Source: Candidatus Altimarinota bacterium (GTDB lineage: Bacteria > Patescibacteriota > Gracilibacteria > CAIRYL01). Taken from it: a DNA stretch of 64,000 nt. The DNA lies in the NCBI GenBank assembly GCA_965250085.1, contig OZ252287.1, forward strand, positions 928,001-992,000, in the 5' to 3' direction. The notes beneath the pieces are model-generated. The model was not told the DNA's origin and did no database searches. It saw only the letters and a list, made by a program, of their open reading frames with translations. Of this stretch, positions 38,140 to 48,693 are shown in pieces (the stretch's first letter is position 1; each line of letters begins with the position of its first letter). The translations under genes and the position numbers were made by a program.

Positions 38140-39261
38140 ATGAATTTTGAACCACCCAAAAAACGATTACCAATATGGCTTGTTTTTTTGGCGCTCCTTA
38201 TCATCTTCCCGTTCTTAGGAAGATTATTCCCACTCCTCATTCTTTTTTGGCTTTTTTCCAAGACAAAGTTGTATGATGTGTGGAAAAAAAAATTTACAGA
38301 AGCGCAAAAACGGGGGTTCGACATTTCTCGCTTTCAAAACAAGGCTTCTTCTGTGCCTTCTGAAAAATCAGCTCAAAGTTCGCCTTTTTCATCATCTTTT
38401 TCTTCTCCCATGAATGATTTTCGTCTTCAACCAAAGCATATCTTTGGCGCCATAGGAACACTCCTTCTTGCATTTCTTATCATTGATGGATTTTACAATG
38501 TCCCCCCGGGGCATGTGGGAGTGATTTATGATCGAGGAAGGGGGGTCCTCGACGAAGAAAGGCCAGAAGGACTCCATGTTAAAGTTCCTTTTTGGCAGGT
38601 GGCAACCATCATGGATACGAGGCTTCAGGCCTATACAATGAGCATTGCTACACATGAAGGACAAAGATCCGGAGATGATTCTATAGAAGCACTCACCAAA
38701 GACGGACAAAAGGTAGATATTGATGTTACGATTCAATATCGGATTCAGGGAAAAAAAGCCTCTGATATTTTCCAAACAGTAGGACTCGACTATGAAATCA
38801 AGATCATTCGTCCAGAAGTACGAAGCGTGATTCGTGAAGTTGTGACAGGATATGAATCCAAACAGCTTTTTAATTTGGAGTCGAGACAAGAAGCCTCCAG
38901 TCAAATGGAAGTCAAGCTTTCTGAGCAATACAGAGGCAACGATATTATTTTAGATGCACTGCTTTTGAGGAATGTACGATTTTCTGATGTATACCTCAAT
39001 GCAATTGAAGAAAAACAAGTGGCACAACAGAAGATAGAAAAAGCAGAATTTGAACGCCAGGAAGCAGAGATCATTAAGGAAAAAGTAATCATCGAAGCCC
39101 AGGCAGAATCTGAATCTATCAGGCTCAAGGGAGAAGCGCTTTCTCGTAATCCGGAAGTTATTCAACTCGAATTTGTAAACAAAATGTCCGACCAGGTCAA
39201 TTGGGGCATACTTCCAGATGGAGTATTGCCACTACTGGATTTGAAAAATTTACAAAATTAG
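38140..39261 (+). CDS. SPFH/prohibitin (band 7) membrane protein
   Basis: VPPGHVGV, EGLHVKVPF, TKDGQKV, AIEEKQVAQQ...AEAESI coiled coil. Confidence 0.92.
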   Translation: MNFEPPKKRLPIWLVFLALLIIFPFLGRLFPLLILFWLFSKTKLYDVWKKKFTEAQKRGFDISRFQNKASSVPSEKSAQSSPFSSSFSSPMNDFRLQPKHIFGAIGTLLLAFLIIDGFYNVPPGHVGVIYDRGRGVLDEERPEGLHVKVPFWQVATIMDTRLQAYTMSIATHEGQRSGDDSIEALTKDGQKVDIDVTIQYRIQGKKASDIFQTVGLDYEIKIIRPEVRSVIREVVTGYESKQLFNLESRQEASSQMEVKLSEQYRGNDIILDALLLRNVRFSDVYLNAIEEKQVAQQKIEKAEFERQEAEIIKEKVIIEAQAESESIRLKGEALSRNPEVIQLEFVNKMSDQVNWGILPDGVLPLLDLKNLQN

Positions 39262-39428
39262 TCGTTAACTACGAGTCTTTCACTTTCTTCAATGAGAGCG
39301 ATGAAATGAATGTTCTCATCAAGAAATTGATGACAAACGACAAACGACTGACAACTGACGACAGATGACTTTTCCGGTATCATCCTTCTGAAGCTACTAT
39401 ATATTAATCTCTCTTACACCCACACCCT

Positions 39429-39980
39429 ATGCGCGTTGCACTTTTTATCGATGGCTCCAATATTTTTTATACCGAAAAGACACTCGGGTGGAAAATTGAC
39501 TTCTTTAAAGTGTATAAATACTTTGATTCAAAATTTGCTGTCTACAACGCATTTTACTACACCGCCGAACCAGAAGAAGAGGAAATACGGAAAAAATATC
39601 AAGAATACAGTCTGGCGAGTTACACTATGAGGCTCAAAAAAACGAAGGAAATTCGTGACAGTCGCGGCAAAATTGTCGCCAGAAAGGCCAATCTTGATAT
39701 CGAAATGGTGTTGGATATGTTTAATGCCAAGGACAACTATGATCTTGCTGTTCTCTTTACGGGAGACTCTGATTTTATGAGACCAGTAGAACTTCTCAGA
39801 ACCCATGGGAAGCAGGTGTTTGTTTTCTCGACCAAAGGACACTCCTCTGTGGAGCTGATCAATGCTGCTGATAAGTTTTTTGATTTCACACAGACAAAGA
39901 AAATGTTTGCTGAAACTGAAGAAAAACCGAAAGCAACTGCCAAGAGAACGAAAAAATCCACAGGGGCGAAAAAGAAATGA
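39429..39980 (+). CDS. NYN-domain (LabA/DUF88) PIN-like nuclease
   Basis: FIDGSNI, KANLDIEMVLD, LFTGDSDF, ELINAADKF. Confidence 0.92.
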   Translation: MRVALFIDGSNIFYTEKTLGWKIDFFKVYKYFDSKFAVYNAFYYTAEPEEEEIRKKYQEYSLASYTMRLKKTKEIRDSRGKIVARKANLDIEMVLDMFNAKDNYDLAVLFTGDSDFMRPVELLRTHGKQVFVFSTKGHSSVELINAADKFFDFTQTKKMFAETEEKPKATAKRTKKSTGAKKK

Positions 39981-40006
39981 GAATATGAATACAGCTCTTA
40001 GTCTTT

Positions 40007-40060
40007 AGCAATAAGCAATAAGCAATAAGCAATAAGTACTCAGTACTCAGTACTCAGTAC
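40007..40060. repeat. Tandem heptamers (AGCAATA)4 then (AGTACTC)~4
   Basis: Read directly from the sequence. Confidence 0.9.
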
Positions 40061-40181
40061 CTCATGCGTAATTCCCCGAAGAGAATTTTTTTTACAATTT
40101 TACATTTAAAATTTAAAATTTTCTCGATACAATCCTTGTACTTAATTTCTCATTCGTAATTCATAATTCGTAATTCGCTAT

Positions 40182-40853
40182 ATGGCAATTCTCAAAGTAA
40201 ATCCAACGCGAGTGAATCTTCTTTCACTCAAAAAGCAAATAAAAACTGCTTCTCGGGGCCATAAGCTTCTCAAAGACAAGCGTGATGGACTGATGAAAAA
40301 ATTTATGGAGATTATTCGTGAGGCTCGAGAACTCAGGCATCAGGTAGAGGAGCAAATGGGAGAGGCCTTTAATCTATTCCTCTTTGCCAGTAGTGCGATG
40401 CCCAAGCATGCCATTGAAAACGCACTGCTTTCTCCCACTACAAAAGTAGACTTGAGTGTTTCCACAAAGAATGTAATGAGTGTCCATATCCCCGAATTTG
40501 ATGTGGAGTTTTCTGGAGATACGCTCACGTATTCTGCAGTAAATACTTCCGGAAATCTCGATCTGGCACTTCTGAAATTTCAAGAAATTTTTCCGCATCT
40601 TCTCAAGCTCGCAGCAGTAGAAAAAGCGGCCGAAGCACTGGCCGATGAGATTGAAAAAACCAGACGTCGAGTAAATGCACTCGAACACATTATGATCCCA
40701 AATCTCAAAGATACGGTAAAATACATCGTCATGAAACTGGAAGAACAGGCGCGGGATGCACTGGTAGGGGTGATGAGGATAAAATCTATGATCGAAGAAA
40801 AAGAAAAAATCGCGCGGAGAAAAAAGAAGTCAGAAGCGATGGCGATGGCATAA
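40182..40853 (+). CDS. atpD: V/A-type ATP synthase subunit D
   Basis: VNPTRVNL, RGHKLLKDKRD, NVMSVHIP, EIEKTRRRVNALEH. Confidence 0.95.
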   Translation: MAILKVNPTRVNLLSLKKQIKTASRGHKLLKDKRDGLMKKFMEIIREARELRHQVEEQMGEAFNLFLFASSAMPKHAIENALLSPTTKVDLSVSTKNVMSVHIPEFDVEFSGDTLTYSAVNTSGNLDLALLKFQEIFPHLLKLAAVEKAAEALADEIEKTRRRVNALEHIMIPNLKDTVKYIVMKLEEQARDALVGVMRIKSMIEEKEKIARRKKKSEAMAMA

Positions 40854-40867
40854 TTCTCCCTCTTCAT

Positions 40868-42082
40868 ATGCACCATTTTTTTTTGAAAACAACAAGCATC
40901 TTTGTCTTTTTGGTGTTTTTTTCTGGATGTACTTTTTCTTCTTCGAATCAACCAAACAAAGACACGACAGAAGACACAGTTCAAGAAATTCTTTCCTGGA
41001 GTGACGAAGAATTCCATGAAAAGGTTCAAAGCTCATATGAAGCAGGAAAAACATGGTTTCTTCAGAGTTTTCGCGCAAAAGGCCTCTTTGCATATCAATA
41101 TGATCCTCAGACGGATACCTCTTCTTCTGAAAACAATATGATACGCCAGTTGATGGCGTCTCGACTTCTCGCTGAGATAAGTCAGGAAGAAATAGGTCTC
41201 AGGAAGATGCATCGTACCAATTTGGAATTTATAAGAAAATACTGGTATCGAGAAACAGAAAATGGGAAATATGGATATATTTTTTTCAACAACAAATCCA
41301 AACTGGGGGCAAATGCGATGGCACTCAGAACACTCGTTTGGAGTCCATTTTTTGAAGAATATACTCAGGAAGCCCAAAAACTCGCTGATGGGATCATATC
41401 TCTTCTTCATGAAGATGGATCTTTCGAACCATGGTTTATAGAACCTTCTTATCAATATGATAAAAATTATCTCCTTACCTTTTATTCAGGAGAGGCAATT
41501 CTTGCTCTTGTAGAATATGGATCACTGGAAGGGAATGATCGATACAGAGAGCTTGCAGAAAAGGCTCAAGGTTTTTATATCGATCGATATGTAGCCAATA
41601 TGGACAAGAACTATTATCCTGCCTACGTCCCATGGCACACACTTGCGCTCAATAAGCTCTATAAACTTACGGGAAATGCTGAGTATTCAAATGCTCTCTT
41701 TGCACTTAATGACAAGCTTCTTGAATTGCAAGATGTCAAAGAACATATCGGAAGATTTTATAACCCCCAAACACCTGAATATGGCAGTCCACATGTGGCA
41801 TCTGATGGAGTGTATACAGAAGGACTCATATATGCATATGAAATTGCCGAGATCACAGGAGACAAAAAACATCAGAAGAAGTATAAACAGGCATTAAAAC
41901 TTGCCTTTTCTCATCTTTTAAAGTTGCAATACACACAAAATAATCTCCTGAAAGGGTTTAACAGTCACAAATCGATAGGAGGATTTCATGCGCGGAAAGA
42001 AAGATACAAGATTCGTATTGATAATGTGCAACATACACTCGATGCATATCGAAAGATTTTGGAAGTATTTCCAGACGAATAA
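40868..42082 (+). CDS. Lipoprotein, probable (alpha/alpha)-barrel six-hairpin-like fold
   Basis: Lipobox-like FFSGC; helical repeats with KLGANAMAL, YSGEAILAL and RIDNVQH. Confidence 0.6.
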   Translation: MHHFFLKTTSIFVFLVFFSGCTFSSSNQPNKDTTEDTVQEILSWSDEEFHEKVQSSYEAGKTWFLQSFRAKGLFAYQYDPQTDTSSSENNMIRQLMASRLLAEISQEEIGLRKMHRTNLEFIRKYWYRETENGKYGYIFFNNKSKLGANAMALRTLVWSPFFEEYTQEAQKLADGIISLLHEDGSFEPWFIEPSYQYDKNYLLTFYSGEAILALVEYGSLEGNDRYRELAEKAQGFYIDRYVANMDKNYYPAYVPWHTLALNKLYKLTGNAEYSNALFALNDKLLELQDVKEHIGRFYNPQTPEYGSPHVASDGVYTEGLIYAYEIAEITGDKKHQKKYKQALKLAFSHLLKLQYTQNNLLKGFNSHKSIGGFHARKERYKIRIDNVQHTLDAYRKILEVFPDE

Positions 42083-42085
42083 AAT

Positions 42086-42120
42086 TTGCAGGAGACACAA
42101 ATTCGTATCTCCTGCAAAAA
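42086..42120. terminator. Hairpin between convergent genes (bidirectional terminator or REP-like)
   Basis: TTTGCAGGAGA...TCTCCTGCAAA. Confidence 0.65.
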
Positions 42121-42144
42121 GAAAAAGGGGAAGAAGGAACGAAA

Positions 42145-43608
42145 TTAAAAACTATTCCACAACATTTGATTTGTCACTTCATGGTGATATATAACTTCAC
42201 CAGTTTTGATGATTGTTCCCAATTCTGCTGGACTTCGATGAGCAATTTCTTGTTTGAGGTCTGTATACTTTTTGTGATTCTCTGTTCCGAGAGCTTTTTG
42301 TAAAAATCCTGATGCCTTAAATGCCTTAAGAGCACCTCCGACATTTCCCCAAAGCACACGTTTTTTTCCAAGGGTTTTTTCTATCTCTGCATACATTTTT
42401 TTAGAAGAATCCATACCAGAAAGTCCAGCTTGAAGAAGGCAAAAAGAAGCAAGATATGGATTGGAATCAGGGGCTACAGAGCGGACCTCGATTCGTGCTG
42501 ATTTTTCATTCCCAATAGGAACTCGTATCATCGCACCTCTATTACTGGGAGACATCATTATTTCATTAGGAGCTTCGTAGTTTGGATCCAGCCTTCTGTA
42601 AGAATTTACACTCGCATTGATGGTAAGACATAGATCATTTGCATAATATAAAATACCATGCGCAAATTTGATCGCACTCTCTGAAAGAGAATCTTTTCCG
42701 CCTTTGGAATAAAAAATATTTTTAGTTCCTTTGGAAATACTGATATTGCAATGCATCCCGCTCCCATTAATTCCTACGACGGGCTTGGGAAGAAAACTTG
42801 CCGTGCATCCCATAAGTTTCGCAACTTGGCGCGCAATGAGCTTGTAGAGCAGGATTTGATCACATGTATTGAGTATCTCTGTGTACTTAAAGTTAATTTC
42901 AAATTGTGCTGGTGCTACTTCCCCATGATCTTTCTCATTTTCAAATGCCATAGCCCGCTGTACTTCGGCTGTAGTATCAATAAATTGTCGAAGTTCATCC
43001 TTTGGTAAAGCATTAAAATATCCACCACGCGTTGCGAGTTCAAATCCATCTTGGCTGTGATAGTTTTGCTCCGCATCTATTCCTCTCATAAGAAAACCTT
43101 CAATCTCTGGAGACATGAGGACCGTATGCCCCTTTTTCTTGTAGAGTTCATCCGTAAGATCCTTAAGTCTTCCACGAAAATCACCGGAATACTGAGACCC
43201 GTCTTGATTGCGTACAAAGGCAAAAATAAACACCTTTCCTGGCCCAAAAATATCAGCTGGCATCCATCGGAATGAACCCCAGTCAACTTTAAATCTTAGA
43301 TCAGATTCCCCTAGATTAGAAAATCCATGTATGGACGATCCATCAAAAGTGAGATTGTCATGTGAAGTTAAAAAGAATTTTTTGTCATAATCAAGCATAT
43401 GAAGCCTCCCTTCCAAGTCACAAAAAGCAACCGTTACTGCCTTTATACGCATTTCACCTTTTAGATATTTTACGATTCTTTCCCGAAAAAACCCTTCAGA
43501 TTTTCTTTGCAGCCTAAATTTTTTCATTTCCAAATTCTTTTTCTCTAATTCGGAATATGAAAGTAATAAAAAATCCCTCAGGCTTTCAGAAAAAGGCGGA
43601 ATAGTCAT
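42145..43608 (-). CDS. glnA: Glutamine synthetase type I
   Basis: FDGSSI.GF, PEIEGF, HGEVAPAQFEI, FLPKP..GINGSGMH, NSYRRL.P.YEAP, NRGAMIRVP, RIEVRS. Confidence 0.95.
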   Translation of the reverse strand: MTIPPFSESLRDFLLLSYSELEKKNLEMKKFRLQRKSEGFFRERIVKYLKGEMRIKAVTVAFCDLEGRLHMLDYDKKFFLTSHDNLTFDGSSIHGFSNLGESDLRFKVDWGSFRWMPADIFGPGKVFIFAFVRNQDGSQYSGDFRGRLKDLTDELYKKKGHTVLMSPEIEGFLMRGIDAEQNYHSQDGFELATRGGYFNALPKDELRQFIDTTAEVQRAMAFENEKDHGEVAPAQFEINFKYTEILNTCDQILLYKLIARQVAKLMGCTASFLPKPVVGINGSGMHCNISISKGTKNIFYSKGGKDSLSESAIKFAHGILYYANDLCLTINASVNSYRRLDPNYEAPNEIMMSPSNRGAMIRVPIGNEKSARIEVRSVAPDSNPYLASFCLLQAGLSGMDSSKKMYAEIEKTLGKKRVLWGNVGGALKAFKASGFLQKALGTENHKKYTDLKQEIAHRSPAELGTIIKTGEVIYHHEVTNQMLWNSF

Positions 43609-43790
43609 ATCTTAGAAAGATTAAAAAATAAGAAACACGATCATTATCCATATTCATATATGAAGATCAATCTTGAGAAGGGCCAAAAATAAACTTGTAG
43701 AAATCTTCTACAACACTATAATGAAGTCATTCTGCGGGAATAAAATCGCATACAAATTGTATCCGTTAAGAAAAAATTACACATTGACGA

Positions 43791-44534
43791 ATGGACAAAA
43801 ATATTCTTACTCAAAAACTGCAAAACATCGGACTTCAAAAAAATGAAGCCAGGATATATCTCTCTACCCTTGAGAGCAATACCAGTCCGGTTTCTCAAAT
43901 TGCAAAATGCGCTCAAATGAACAGAGTAAGCACTCATAGCATTCTTCTCAGGCTTTTGGAAAAAGGGATGGTGATACGAAGTGAGCGAAAAGGGATCAGC
44001 TATTTTACCGCTCTGAACCCAGAAATTCTTATCAGAAATACTGAACAAAAGGCACACTCCCTCGCAGAAAGTCTTCCGTTTTTAAGATCCATCGCAGGAG
44101 AGAAGATCGTGCACCCCAGTGTTCGATTTTTTGAAGGAATAGAAGGCATTAAAGAGGCCTATTATGAATCACTTACATCACAAACAGAAATACTCAATTA
44201 TGCAAATTCAAAGAATATTCGGGATCACTGGAGCCAATATGATGAAGAATATGTCTTGGGAAGAGCTGAAAGAAACATATTCCTCAGAGGCCTTGCCCCA
44301 GACGACAAAGATGGAAAAATAGTACAAAACCAAGATGCGAAATATCATCGCGAAACACGACTCATTCCAGTTGAACATTTTCAGATTGAGAATGAGATCA
44401 AGATTTTTGATGAAAACATGCTTATTACTTCCTTTGAACCCTTTCCATTTGCGCTCATTATTACTTCCAAAGCAGTAGCAGACACTCAGCGACAGATATT
44501 TCAAATCGCCTGGAACTCTGCTCAAAGATCTTGA
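43791..44534 (+). CDS. TrmB-family transcriptional regulator
   Basis: IGLQKNEARIYL wHTH, PSVRFFEG.EGIK, effector domain EIKIFD. Confidence 0.88.
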   Translation: MDKNILTQKLQNIGLQKNEARIYLSTLESNTSPVSQIAKCAQMNRVSTHSILLRLLEKGMVIRSERKGISYFTALNPEILIRNTEQKAHSLAESLPFLRSIAGEKIVHPSVRFFEGIEGIKEAYYESLTSQTEILNYANSKNIRDHWSQYDEEYVLGRAERNIFLRGLAPDDKDGKIVQNQDAKYHRETRLIPVEHFQIENEIKIFDENMLITSFEPFPFALIITSKAVADTQRQIFQIAWNSAQRS

Positions 44535-45766
44535 GAAGTGGCTTGAAAAATAAGAGCAACAAAAAACGCAGAGAGAAAAAACCCTATCTCTGAAGTCAGA
44601 ATAAGGTGTTCAAAAAACAAAAATGAAGCAAGAACTCCAGAAAGACCAAGAAACATTGTTTTCCTTCTTCTCTTTTTTTTGAGAGACTTGATGAGAGACC
44701 AGAGACGTACAAGAAAAGCGCTAAAGATAACAAATGCCAGGATGCCCAATTCACTCATAACAAGGAGAAAAGTATTATGAACCGGTTGCAATTGCCAAGG
44801 AAAGAAAGTATCAAATCGAGCCATAAAATAAGAAAAATTCCCCCAACCGATACCGATAAATGGATGAGAAGTAACCAAATCAAATGCAATAAAAGTTTGA
44901 GATATTCTCTCAAAAGAAGAGGTGGAGAAATCATCCAAAAGAAGTCGGAGTATAACTCCTACCAAAGCCACGAAAATTAAAAGAAAGAAGTGCTTATGTG
45001 ATTTTTGTGAAGAATCCTTCCTCAACACATATGCCAAAAATCCACCCAAAGAAAGCGCTACAAATGCTGAACGAGAAAAGGTACACACAAGACCCAAAAG
45101 AAGAACACCCCTGAATATCCACCATTTCTTTTCGAGAATTTCTGAAAGAAAAAAAATACTTACCAGAAAAAATCCAAGAATATTCGGATGCAAAAAGCTT
45201 CCATGGGCCCTCAATACTTCACGAAATTCAGACTTAAGAAGAAATGCTCCCGGAGGAAGATCTACTGAAGAGAGAAGAGTGGGAAATGTTTGCAGGATTC
45301 CAAAGATAGCTTCTGCAACTCCAGCGATCAGAAGAACTATTACAATGTATTTTGTTCGCACGGAGTGAAACCATAGCAAAAAGACAAATAATCCGCCCAA
45401 AAGCCATAAAAGGAGAAAAAAAGCACCACTCTCCCATGCAGTGTTGAGCCATATAGAAATGCCGCTGAGAATAAAAAATAATCCCCACAAAAGGCTTTCT
45501 CTGTAAAAAAGAGCAAGAAAAGAGGAGGATGTTTTTTTTTGAAAAAGCTCAATACCCGAGAAGACAAGTAAGAGAGAAAGCACACAAAGACTTGCAGACC
45601 AAAAAAGAGTAGAAAGCGAAGAAAACCCACCTTGCCAAAAAGAAGCAGCTTCACCGATATGAGTTTGAAGAGGAAAAAGAAGAGAAAGGAAAAAGACACT
45701 TGTGAAAATCTCAAATTTCCACTTGTCGTACACAGAAACTAGATATTTCCAAGAGAAAAAATTCAT
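44522..45766 (-). CDS. O-antigen ligase/Wzy_C family membrane protein
   Basis: RAHGSFLHPNILG, TFSRSA, HPFIGIGWGNF, PVHNTFL..SELG. Confidence 0.9.
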   Translation of the reverse strand: MNFFSWKYLVSVYDKWKFEIFTSVFFLSLLFPLQTHIGEAASFWQGGFSSLSTLFWSASLCVLSLLLVFSGIELFQKKTSSSFLALFYRESLLWGLFFILSGISIWLNTAWESGAFFLLLWLLGGLFVFLLWFHSVRTKYIVIVLLIAGVAEAIFGILQTFPTLLSSVDLPPGAFLLKSEFREVLRAHGSFLHPNILGFFLVSIFFLSEILEKKWWIFRGVLLLGLVCTFSRSAFVALSLGGFLAYVLRKDSSQKSHKHFFLLIFVALVGVILRLLLDDFSTSSFERISQTFIAFDLVTSHPFIGIGWGNFSYFMARFDTFFPWQLQPVHNTFLLVMSELGILAFVIFSAFLVRLWSLIKSLKKKRRRKTMFLGLSGVLASFLFFEHLILTSEIGFFLSAFFVALIFQATSQDL

Positions 45767-47220
45767 CAGAGATCAAAACAGTTTTCATCAAGTTCGGGCT
45801 TTGAACGCTTTGCCAGAATACAATTCATTCTTCGTTCTGCTATCTTAACGCCTTCTTCTGGAGATATTCTATTTTTGACTATATTGTCGTTTATGTCGGC
45901 AAAAATGGCAAAAAATGATCCAGGGTCAAGGGTCTGTAAACTCTTTGCATATGCAGCTTGGAGTGCAAATATTCCAAAGAATTTTTCGATAGACTGTTCT
46001 TCTACCATGTCAAGCCTGGATGTGGGTTTTTTTGTTTTTTCATGGTACAAAGCAAGGCTTTCTGGAGAGGTAAGAAATTCCAAAAGTTGCCAAGATTCTT
46101 CGGGGTACTGGCTATTTCGAGAAACTACCAAAGGATAATATTTCGCAAAGGCTTCTCGTTTTCCAGATTCCGCAGTAGCTGAAAACTGAGGTACTGGGGC
46201 AATACCAATATCTTCCACCTGAATAGAGTATTTATTGGCACGAGCGAATCCATCAATGATGACTTTGACCTGATCATATGTTGATGAAAACCCGAACATC
46301 ATAGCTGTTTTTCCACGAGCAAATGCCCCTAGTTCCTTTTGATCCGTATACAGTCCCGTAAGTGGCAAATTCCAAGAAAAATGACGAGAGCTGGGGAGTG
46401 CAAATCCCGTATAGAGTTTGAGAGATTCTAAAACGGGGAATGACTGCTGACCAGTGCTGGGATTTACTCCTTTTGCTTTTGAAAACAGGGCTCTTTTTTG
46501 TTCTGCATCATACAAACTTGCTTCTTGTTGAATAAGCAGAAGAGAGAGGATGTCCGGAAAATGCAGTATATTGGCAGCGTACCCCAAAGCAATTCCAGAA
46601 AGAGAAAATCGTTCGATACTATTGTCTGTTTTCGTAAGCCCAAAAACTTGTTCCTTGAGAGCGGTCCATGTTTCGGCTGGCTTATTTGTGGAAGGAAGGA
46701 AATCTCGAAAAAGCTGCTTATTGTAGTACAGTGCGAGTGTATCCACAAAGAGTGACACGCCCCAAATTCGATCATTGCCTTGTTCGTCAGGGAGGATTAA
46801 ATCTTCATTTACTATCGGAAGGAAAATATCTGAAAATTTTTCAGGAACATAGAGAGAATTTGGAGCGGGGAAAAGCTTTCCTTGATAGCTTGAAATCCAG
46901 TCATTACGAATGGCAAAAATATCAGGCCCTCTTCCTTCTGCCAGCTCGTTGAGCAGGAGAGCTTGATATTCATCTATATTATGAAATTTTTTATACGTAA
47001 TCTTTACATCTTTGTACGTGCTTTGAAATGCCTGAATTTGTCCCTTAAGCGTGTCCTCCGGATCGAAGAGATTATAGAAAACAATCTCTTTTTTTTGAGT
47101 TCTGACCTGTTCTGTATCGTCAGGGCTTTCTGCTTGCTTGCGTTCACACGCCCCAAAAGACAAGACAAGTACACTGCTCAAAACAAGAGAAACCAACTTT
47201 TTCATAAAATCTATTCTCAA
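45766..47220 (-). CDS. Extracellular solute-binding lipoprotein (sugar-type SBP)
   Basis: Lipobox SFGAC, GRGPDIF, LALYYNK, FARGKTAM, WQLLEFL. Confidence 0.88.
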   Translation of the reverse strand: MRIDFMKKLVSLVLSSVLVLSFGACERKQAESPDDTEQVRTQKKEIVFYNLFDPEDTLKGQIQAFQSTYKDVKITYKKFHNIDEYQALLLNELAEGRGPDIFAIRNDWISSYQGKLFPAPNSLYVPEKFSDIFLPIVNEDLILPDEQGNDRIWGVSLFVDTLALYYNKQLFRDFLPSTNKPAETWTALKEQVFGLTKTDNSIERFSLSGIALGYAANILHFPDILSLLLIQQEASLYDAEQKRALFSKAKGVNPSTGQQSFPVLESLKLYTGFALPSSRHFSWNLPLTGLYTDQKELGAFARGKTAMMFGFSSTYDQVKVIIDGFARANKYSIQVEDIGIAPVPQFSATAESGKREAFAKYYPLVVSRNSQYPEESWQLLEFLTSPESLALYHEKTKKPTSRLDMVEEQSIEKFFGIFALQAAYAKSLQTLDPGSFFAIFADINDNIVKNRISPEEGVKIAERRMNCILAKRSKPELDENCFDL

Positions 47221-47265
47221 TGATATACATTTTCTATTTTCTCCTTTTTTAGAGGGTGGCGCAAA

Positions 47266-48606
47266 TTATTTTCTCCAAAGCTTTTGATATAGCTTCTGAA
47301 AAAAGGCTCTTCCACCTCTTTCCTTGTAAAAAGCTACAGCGGAAAAAATATGATTCTTCACATTTGTTTGTAAAAAAACTCTTTTTGTATGAGCAAGATT
47401 GTAATTAGATTTTTTTGTCCATTCCCGAAAAGATTTCATAGTTTTTTGAGGAGACCAAAGAGAGATTGCTACTTTTTGTGCATTTTGAGAGAACCGAAGT
47501 CGCAATTCAGGACCTTGTTTCATTGTCAGAATCGCCTCTGCGAGAAGTTCAATATTGCCACTTTTGACAACCTTGCCACCTTCAAAGGATGAAATGTCGT
47601 ATGAAATTTCGCTTCCCTCTGTCATTAGGACCGGAATACCGTATGCAATCATCTCGTTTATTCTGTTTCGGGCACCTGTCTCTGTTTCCGTGCAAAAAAT
47701 ATCTGCGAGAATACCAATGTCGCTTTCATGGTATACGAAAGGCATTTTTTCTGAATCGACCCATCCCAGAAAATGGAAATGATCTCGAAACGAAGAAGCG
47801 TCCACTCGTTTTTTAAATCGCTCAAATGGATGTTCAGCAATGTGATCAATTGCTCCACCTGTAGACACAAAATATATATTTGAATCTTGAGAGATGGCCT
47901 TTTCAAGTGCATGAAACAACGTTTTCTCATCACACCAGTTATTAAAACCTCCTATTTGAGCTACGACAAAAGCTTCTCTTGGCACTATTTTTCCTCTAAA
48001 CAGAGAATCTTTCTCTGAGTTCTGAAACTCATGTGCTTGAGCGGAAGGCAGTGCATTGGGAATTACATGTATCCATTTTCTTCCAAAATGAGATCGATTT
48101 ACTCGCCCGAGAGAAGCGGCTTCACCGAGAACGGCAAATTTTTGAGGAGTAGAAACGGTAGAAATCTGATCTGCTCGCAAAAGAATACTTCGTTCCTGAT
48201 TCCAGCCATGAGAGAGATAAGAGTCATGCCCAAGGCCTGCGCTTTGCGCTTCCATTTCTGCCATAATCCATCCATTGAGATCCGCCCAAAAGGGCGTATT
48301 GCGATTGAGGCACTTAGAAGCAACATACGCTGGGAATGTATTAACCCCAAGAACCAAATCATACGCAGAAGAATGCAACCATTTTTTAGCACATTTAAAC
48401 AGATCTTGGTGGCTTCGAGAAATAAGAAGATACTTTTCTCCTTCTTTGTAGACACCTTGTTGATCCGTAATCAAAAAAAGAAAATAAGAATGCCCCTCTT
48501 CCTCGAGAGAGTCTACGAACTGCTGAGTCCTGAGTTGAACTGCAGACCTGAAATGAGGAGACATTTCTGGTAAAGGGCCATTTCCAAAAACAAGAATTTT
48601 TTTCAT
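47266..48606 (-). CDS. Glycosyltransferase family 4
   Basis: VIPNA, FLGWV, EMIAYGIPVL, GT-B C-terminus. Confidence 0.85.
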   Translation of the reverse strand: MKKILVFGNGPLPEMSPHFRSAVQLRTQQFVDSLEEEGHSYFLFLITDQQGVYKEGEKYLLISRSHQDLFKCAKKWLHSSAYDLVLGVNTFPAYVASKCLNRNTPFWADLNGWIMAEMEAQSAGLGHDSYLSHGWNQERSILLRADQISTVSTPQKFAVLGEAASLGRVNRSHFGRKWIHVIPNALPSAQAHEFQNSEKDSLFRGKIVPREAFVVAQIGGFNNWCDEKTLFHALEKAISQDSNIYFVSTGGAIDHIAEHPFERFKKRVDASSFRDHFHFLGWVDSEKMPFVYHESDIGILADIFCTETETGARNRINEMIAYGIPVLMTEGSEISYDISSFEGGKVVKSGNIELLAEAILTMKQGPELRLRFSQNAQKVAISLWSPQKTMKSFREWTKKSNYNLAHTKRVFLQTNVKNHIFSAVAFYKERGGRAFFQKLYQKLWRK

Positions 48607-48693
48607 TAAATACAATTGACTATGAACTGTATATGAATTCTTGCCGAAAAGTGCTATTTTTGCAAAGATTTCCCTCAGATTGTCTTTCCATAC

